From Octopus vulgaris (lineage: Eukaryota), in NCBI GenBank assembly GCA_951406725.2, contig OX597823.1, positions 7,378,001 through 7,442,000 of the forward strand: a stretch of DNA of 64,000 nucleotides. Direction: 5' to 3'. The translations under genes were made by a program, and so were the position numbers. The notes under the pieces were generated by a model that was not told where the DNA came from, did no database searches, and was given only the letters and a program-made list of their open reading frames with translations. Below, piece after piece: positions 58,690 to 64,000 of the stretch; position 1 is the first letter of the stretch, and every line of letters begins with the position of its first letter.

Positions 58690-61600
58690 CTATTATTCTA
58701 GCCCCCGATTTTGAAATCTACGCATCTCTTAGTCGGCTGAAATGGGAAGCGGAGTGGTAGTACTGGATCTCGAGGTACGAACAATCTTTCTGGACCCGAA
58801 TAGTAAATTGATGGTCCTAGATATGAACAATAGTGAAGGTGGTACTTTTAGACCAGTCTTTGTGTACGCCCCGACTGGAGTGGGGTAGACAGATGTCTTC
58901 AGACGTTTGGAAATTTTCCTTGGGACGTCTCGCTCTTTAGTGCTTGTGGGCGATTCAAGCGCACCCCTGGATTGGACGCTGGAGGGGCTAACCGATAGGA
59001 GAGAGCCGATAGGAGATGGGGTGTAAACGCCTCACAAACCTGCTCAGTCGTTTCCAACTGGCTGACAAATACCGACTAAGTTTCCCAAATGCACGAATAT
59101 GAACACGGGCAAACAGCATCAGGTCTTCCAGATCATATCTAGATAGATTAATTTGTAGAATAATTTGATAGAAGTAGCATAAGATGTCCACAATTTAAAG
59201 TCGTCGGTTACACAGATCACAAATCTGTGTTCTGTACGGTCAACCTAGACAAGGCCCCGAATACTGGAAACTGGATGCGTCTTTCCCAGCGCGTCAAGCT
59301 TTCAGAGACCGGATTAGCAAGTTAATCCTTCGGAAGTTGTCGGGTGCAATCGCCAACAACCGATGGTGGAAAACCCTGAAAAGAGCTATTAGAGTAGAGG
59401 CATTAAGGTTTAGTAAAGAATCTAGAATAGAGGGTGACCTAGCTATGAAGCTAGAAAAGAAGTTTACAAGAAGTATAACCACTAACACGCTGGCGGTGAA
59501 ATTGGATCATGATCAATTCTTCAATGCCAAGCACGAAGGTTGCGTTGTCAGAGCTAGGACGCATGCGTTAAGACATGAAGAAATGAAAGCAGTCTGATAG
59601 GCTTGGGTAGAAGAAGCGTAACGTGGCAACAAAGTCACAATGCGGTCTTTGATGGGCCGGGACGGGTACATGCTACTCGAATTCAAGCAGATGTGTGCAG
59701 AATATCAGCAGCGCTTTGCCGAACTGCACGGAACGCGCAGTAGATTGAGGCGGGGTGGATTTCATCTCCTCCTTCGATGGCATGCCGCGCCTTTCAACAA
59801 GGGATGCAGAGTTCTTCAAAATGCCGATAACAGTAGAAGAGATAAGGGACATGATGGCTGGCTGCAAAAGAGAGGTCTTCGGGGCTTGAGCGTCATCTTC
59901 ATATGCCAGACTTGTTCGGAAATCTCTTGGCGGATGTTTACCACAACTGGCAGCAGAACGGGAGAATTCCCAGTGCAGTGAGCCGTGGCATGGTGGTACT
60001 GCTGAGAAAGGACCCGATCAAGGAAGGGGGGGGGGCAAATAGATAATTTTAAGTCCGTAAGAGGTTGACGGTTGTCGTCGATAAACTGGTCGGTGATGCA
60101 CAGACATGCGCTATCTCAAGCATATCTTTCCACGACAATCTCCACCTCATGTGTATCCCGCATGAACAAGGATGCGGAAGGTTCGAGTCGGCTTATGCGG
60201 ACAACGTCACCGTAATAGTGTCGAGCATCTCGGAAATCAAGATGATCGGCACCACCTGAAGGGAGTACAAAGCGGTAACAGGAACAAAGATTAACGAGGA
60301 GAAGTTGGTGAGCCTGCAGCTCGGCATAGAGAGGCAGGTCCATGTCGTCCGACAGCGTCGTAGGGCCGTGGACGGAAGGACCGGTTAAAATGCTCGGGGG
60401 TCTGGTTTAGTCCGGACTTCCAGGTGAACAAGAAGTGAGTGGAGGTGACGAGCAGGGCGGCTAGTCTCACTCAGAAATCAACAGAGAGGAAGGTGTCCCT
60501 GAAGGGTCAGGTAGAGCTGACGCTTTCGTCATGTATCGCCTGACCGTCGTCTCTTGCCCTGCATCGTGGCTGATCAAGCTGGAGCGCTTGCTCTTCCATT
60601 TCCTGTGGAAGGGATGTCAGATGGTCCATCTGCTGTCAGTAGCCGCTGAGTGAAAGACTGAGCATGCTGTGGTTAATGATGCACAGACATGCGCTGAAGC
60701 TGCGACATCTCCAGCGTTTCTTTAACGGTGAACAGGTTTGATCGCCATTTGTCAGACAGGATTTTTACGCAGCTCATCTCATTGACGGAGGTACAGTCCT
60801 GGATTAAGCGTAGACCGAGAAAGGATGCTTCGCACCTAGAGTGTCGGCAAGCGGCTGTAAGCGCTTGCCAATCAAGCAAGGCAGTCGGTGGAAATCCCAC
60901 ATTGGATTGAGGATTTGTGGCGGGCAAGAGCGACGACGTTTTTGAGGAAACTCTGGGCATCAGGAGGGATCGATTAGCTGGCCTTTTCCGAAGAACTTTC
61001 GGGCCGGAAATCTCTGGCCTAGCAGTGTTACCAGGGCGCCCTGACGGTTCGAGAGAAGCTCTATAGGCACGGAAGTGCTGTCAGACGAACCTGTCCAAGA
61101 TGTGCGCAGGGTGATGAAACCGGGCATAGCGGATTTGTGGAGCTTTGTCGAATAGCTGTCGACGCATGTAGGACGTACCCGATTATCAGCCGAGTCCATC
61201 GTGAGGATCACCCCGCCACCTTTATTTTGGCCAAGAATAAATAGCGGTTTTCCTGTCTAATGACTAGGCGAAATGAGGTGGAGGAGGTCGAAAGGACTGA
61301 AGACAGATATTTTCCTCTTTAGCCAAGCTCTCATTGACTTTTATCAAGTTCCAGTTGAAAAGGAAAGTGAGGATGGAGGGGTAAGTGCTGCCCACCCCCA
61401 CATTTTTTTTAATGAACGGTGGGTAAATGCCGCGAGGATTACCCGTATGAATGGGCCTACTCTGAAATACGCTTGTAAGCCGGAGAGAAGGAGAGATGTA
61501 CTGCCTGAGGGTTGGGGTGGCCAGGAGACGAAGGGTTCTTGGTTGTCCCTGGGTGGAACCTCACCCGTCTTTGGGGAATTTTATTGTTGAATTTTTTGTT

Positions 61601-61708
61601 ATTTATTCTTGTTTTTTAGTGCATAAACGTATTTTTGTGCTAAGGCCCGCTCGTTCTGTGTTTTGTAGTCCCTATGTCGTTTTGTGTTCGGCCTTAGTGG
61701 GCAGTAAA
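58690..61708 (+). mobile_element. Decayed Tx1/L1-clade LINE (APE endonuclease, RT, 3' UTR)
   Basis: VYAPT, LVGDS, DHKSV and YWKL (APE and linker); QTCAI and AYADNVTV (RT); many frameshifts. Confidence 0.8.
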
Positions 61709-62076
61709 GCCCCTTGTGGGTAGTAAAGAAACAGGTATTTCGTCTGCCACTCGTTATGAGTTCAAATTCCGCCGAGGTCGACTTTGTCTTTCATCCTTTC
61801 GGGGTTGATAAATTAAGTACCAGTTACGCACTGCGGTTGATATAATCGACTTAATCCGTTTGTCTGTCCTTGTTTGTCCCCTCTATGTTTAGCCCCTTGC
61901 GAGCAGTAAAGAAATAGGTATTTCGTCTGTCACTACGTTCCGAGTTCGAATTTCGCCGACGTCGACTTTAGCTTTCATCCTTTCGGAGTCGATTAAATAA
62001 GTATCAGTTACGCACTGAAGTCGATGCAATTGGCTTAATTCCCTCCACCAAGCTGCTCCTGTGGCAAAAATTTGAA

Positions 62077-62129
<53 letters not shown>

Positions 62130-62487
62130 GGCGGCGAACTGGCAAAACAGTTAGTACGCCGGGCAAAATGCTTAGCGGTATTTCGTCCGTCTTTACGTTC
62201 TGAGTTCAAACTCCGCCGAGGTTGACTTTGCCGTTCATCCTTTCGGGATCGATGAATTAAGTAACAGTAAAACACTAGGGATGATGTAATTGACTTAATC
62301 TTTGCCCCCAAACTACCCTTGTGACAAATTTGAAACCCTTATTATTATTATCATTATTATTATTATCATTATTATTATTATTATTATTGTTATTATTATT
62401 ATCATTATCATTATTATTATTATCATTATTATTATTATCAATATTATCATTATTATTATTGTTATTATTATTATCATTATCATTATT

Positions 62488-62519
<32 letters not shown>

Positions 62520-62652
62520 CATTATTATTATTATCATTATTATTATTATTATTATTGTTATTATTATTATCATTATCATTATTATTATCATTATTATTAT
62601 TATCAATATTATCATTATTATTATTGTTATTATTATTATCATTATCATTATT

Positions 62653-62684
<32 letters not shown>

Positions 62685-62708
62685 CATTATTATTATTATT
62701 ATTGTTAT

Positions 62709-62740
<32 letters not shown>

Positions 62741-62814
62741 CATTATTATTATTATTATTATTGTTATCATTATCATTATTATTATTATTATTGTTATCAT
62801 TATTATTATTGTTA

Positions 62815-62863
<49 letters not shown>

Positions 62864-63075
62864 GACGGCGAGCTGGTAGAACCGTTAGCACACTGGACGA
62901 AATGCTTAGCAGTATTTCATCCGACTTTGCGTTCTGAGTTCAAATTCCGCCGAGGTGGACTTTGACTTTAATCCTTTCGAGCTCGATAAAATAAGTACCA
63001 GTTGAACACTGGGGTCGATGTAATCTACTTACCCTCTCCCCACGAAATTTTAAGCATTGTTCTCAGAGAAGAAAC
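61709..63075 (+). mobile_element. Run of SINE B units separated by (ATT)n tracts (62078-62127, 62340-62862)
   Basis: Units at about 61735, 61917, 62130 and 62864. Confidence 0.88.
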
Positions 63076-63199
63076 GATTATTTATTTATTCACCAGATTT
63101 GATAAATTATACATCGGTCAAAAACGGAAGTACATTCAATTGACTACAGATACATTACCAACTTTTCTGGTGTGGCTAAAATTCAGAATTGCAATGTGC

Positions 63200-63251
<52 letters not shown>

Positions 63252-63390
63252 ATCACATAGTAATCGTATATTAGGGAAGCCACAATTTAAGAACGAACTC
63301 AATACATTTAGAATGCAGAATATACAAATATATCAGGAGAGTTCTGAAAAGACTGAAATAGGTGGGCAGCCTGTAAGATCCAATAACATA

Positions 63391-63439
<49 letters not shown>

Positions 63440-63455
63440 AACGTACGCACATATT

Positions 63456-64000
63456 CTAGGCACAAGGCCCGAAATTTTTGTGGGGAGGGGTTCAGTCGAA
63501 TACATCGACTCCAGTACGCAACTGGTACTTAATTTATCGATCCCGAAAAGGATGAAAGGCAAAGTCGACTTCGGCGGAATTTGAACTCAGAACATAAAGA
63601 CAGGCGAAATATTGCTAAGCATTTCGACCGGCGTGCTAAAGTTTCTTATTTCTTTATAGATCAAAAGGGGCTAAACATAGAGGGGTCAAACAAGGACAGA
63701 CAAAGGGATTAAGCCGATTACATCGACCCCAGTGCGTAACTGGTACTTAATTTATCGACTCCGAAAGGATGAAAGGCAAAGACGACCTCGGCGGAATTTG
63801 AACTCAGAACGTAACGGCAGACGAAATACCTATTTCTATTTCTTTACTACCCACAAGGGGCTAAACATAGAGAGGACAAACAAGGACAGACAAACGGATT
63901 AAGTAGATTATATTGACCCCAGTGCGTAACTGGTACTTAATTTATCGACCCCGAAAGGATGAAAGGCAAAGTCAACCTCGGCGGAATTTGAACTCAGAAC
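63456..64000 (-). mobile_element. SINE family B multimer, truncated by the window end
   Basis: Three reverse-complement units; junction gaaataggtatttcgtctgccg at about 63815-63836. Confidence 0.9.

Noticed and set aside
62302-62937. Poly-I/L/N ORFs
   Set aside because: Read-through of (ATT)n/(ATC)n.

Overview
AT-rich, microsatellite-saturated animal genomic DNA, intergenic or intronic. The SINE sequences look like Octopus repeats as I remember them (inference, not a database result). There is no intact protein-coding gene, and almost all listed ORFs are microsatellite read-through. The window holds three tRNA-headed SINE families (here called A, B, C), decayed LINEs (CR1/L2-type, RTE, an R4/NeSL-like RLE element, a Tx1/L1-like element), a decayed Penelope-like element (RT + GIY-YIG), mariner/Tc1, pogo-like and hAT-like DNA transposons/MITEs, and non-autonomous Helitrons. 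The main hidden signal is about 14 type I hammerhead ribozyme (HHR) motifs or near-motifs (CUGANGA...GAAA-short palindromic helix III-UH) in short, mutually unrelated non-coding modules, mostly bounded by (AT)n. Several modules are fold-backs carrying an HHR on each strand. Other observations: a Helitron flanked by a 45-bp duplication, SINE B multimers with a fixed junction and a Tx1-like tail, a 760-bp near-perfect palindrome in a mariner, and two candidate 87-nt minus-strand exons. All calls were made by eye, and boundaries of decayed elements are approximate.
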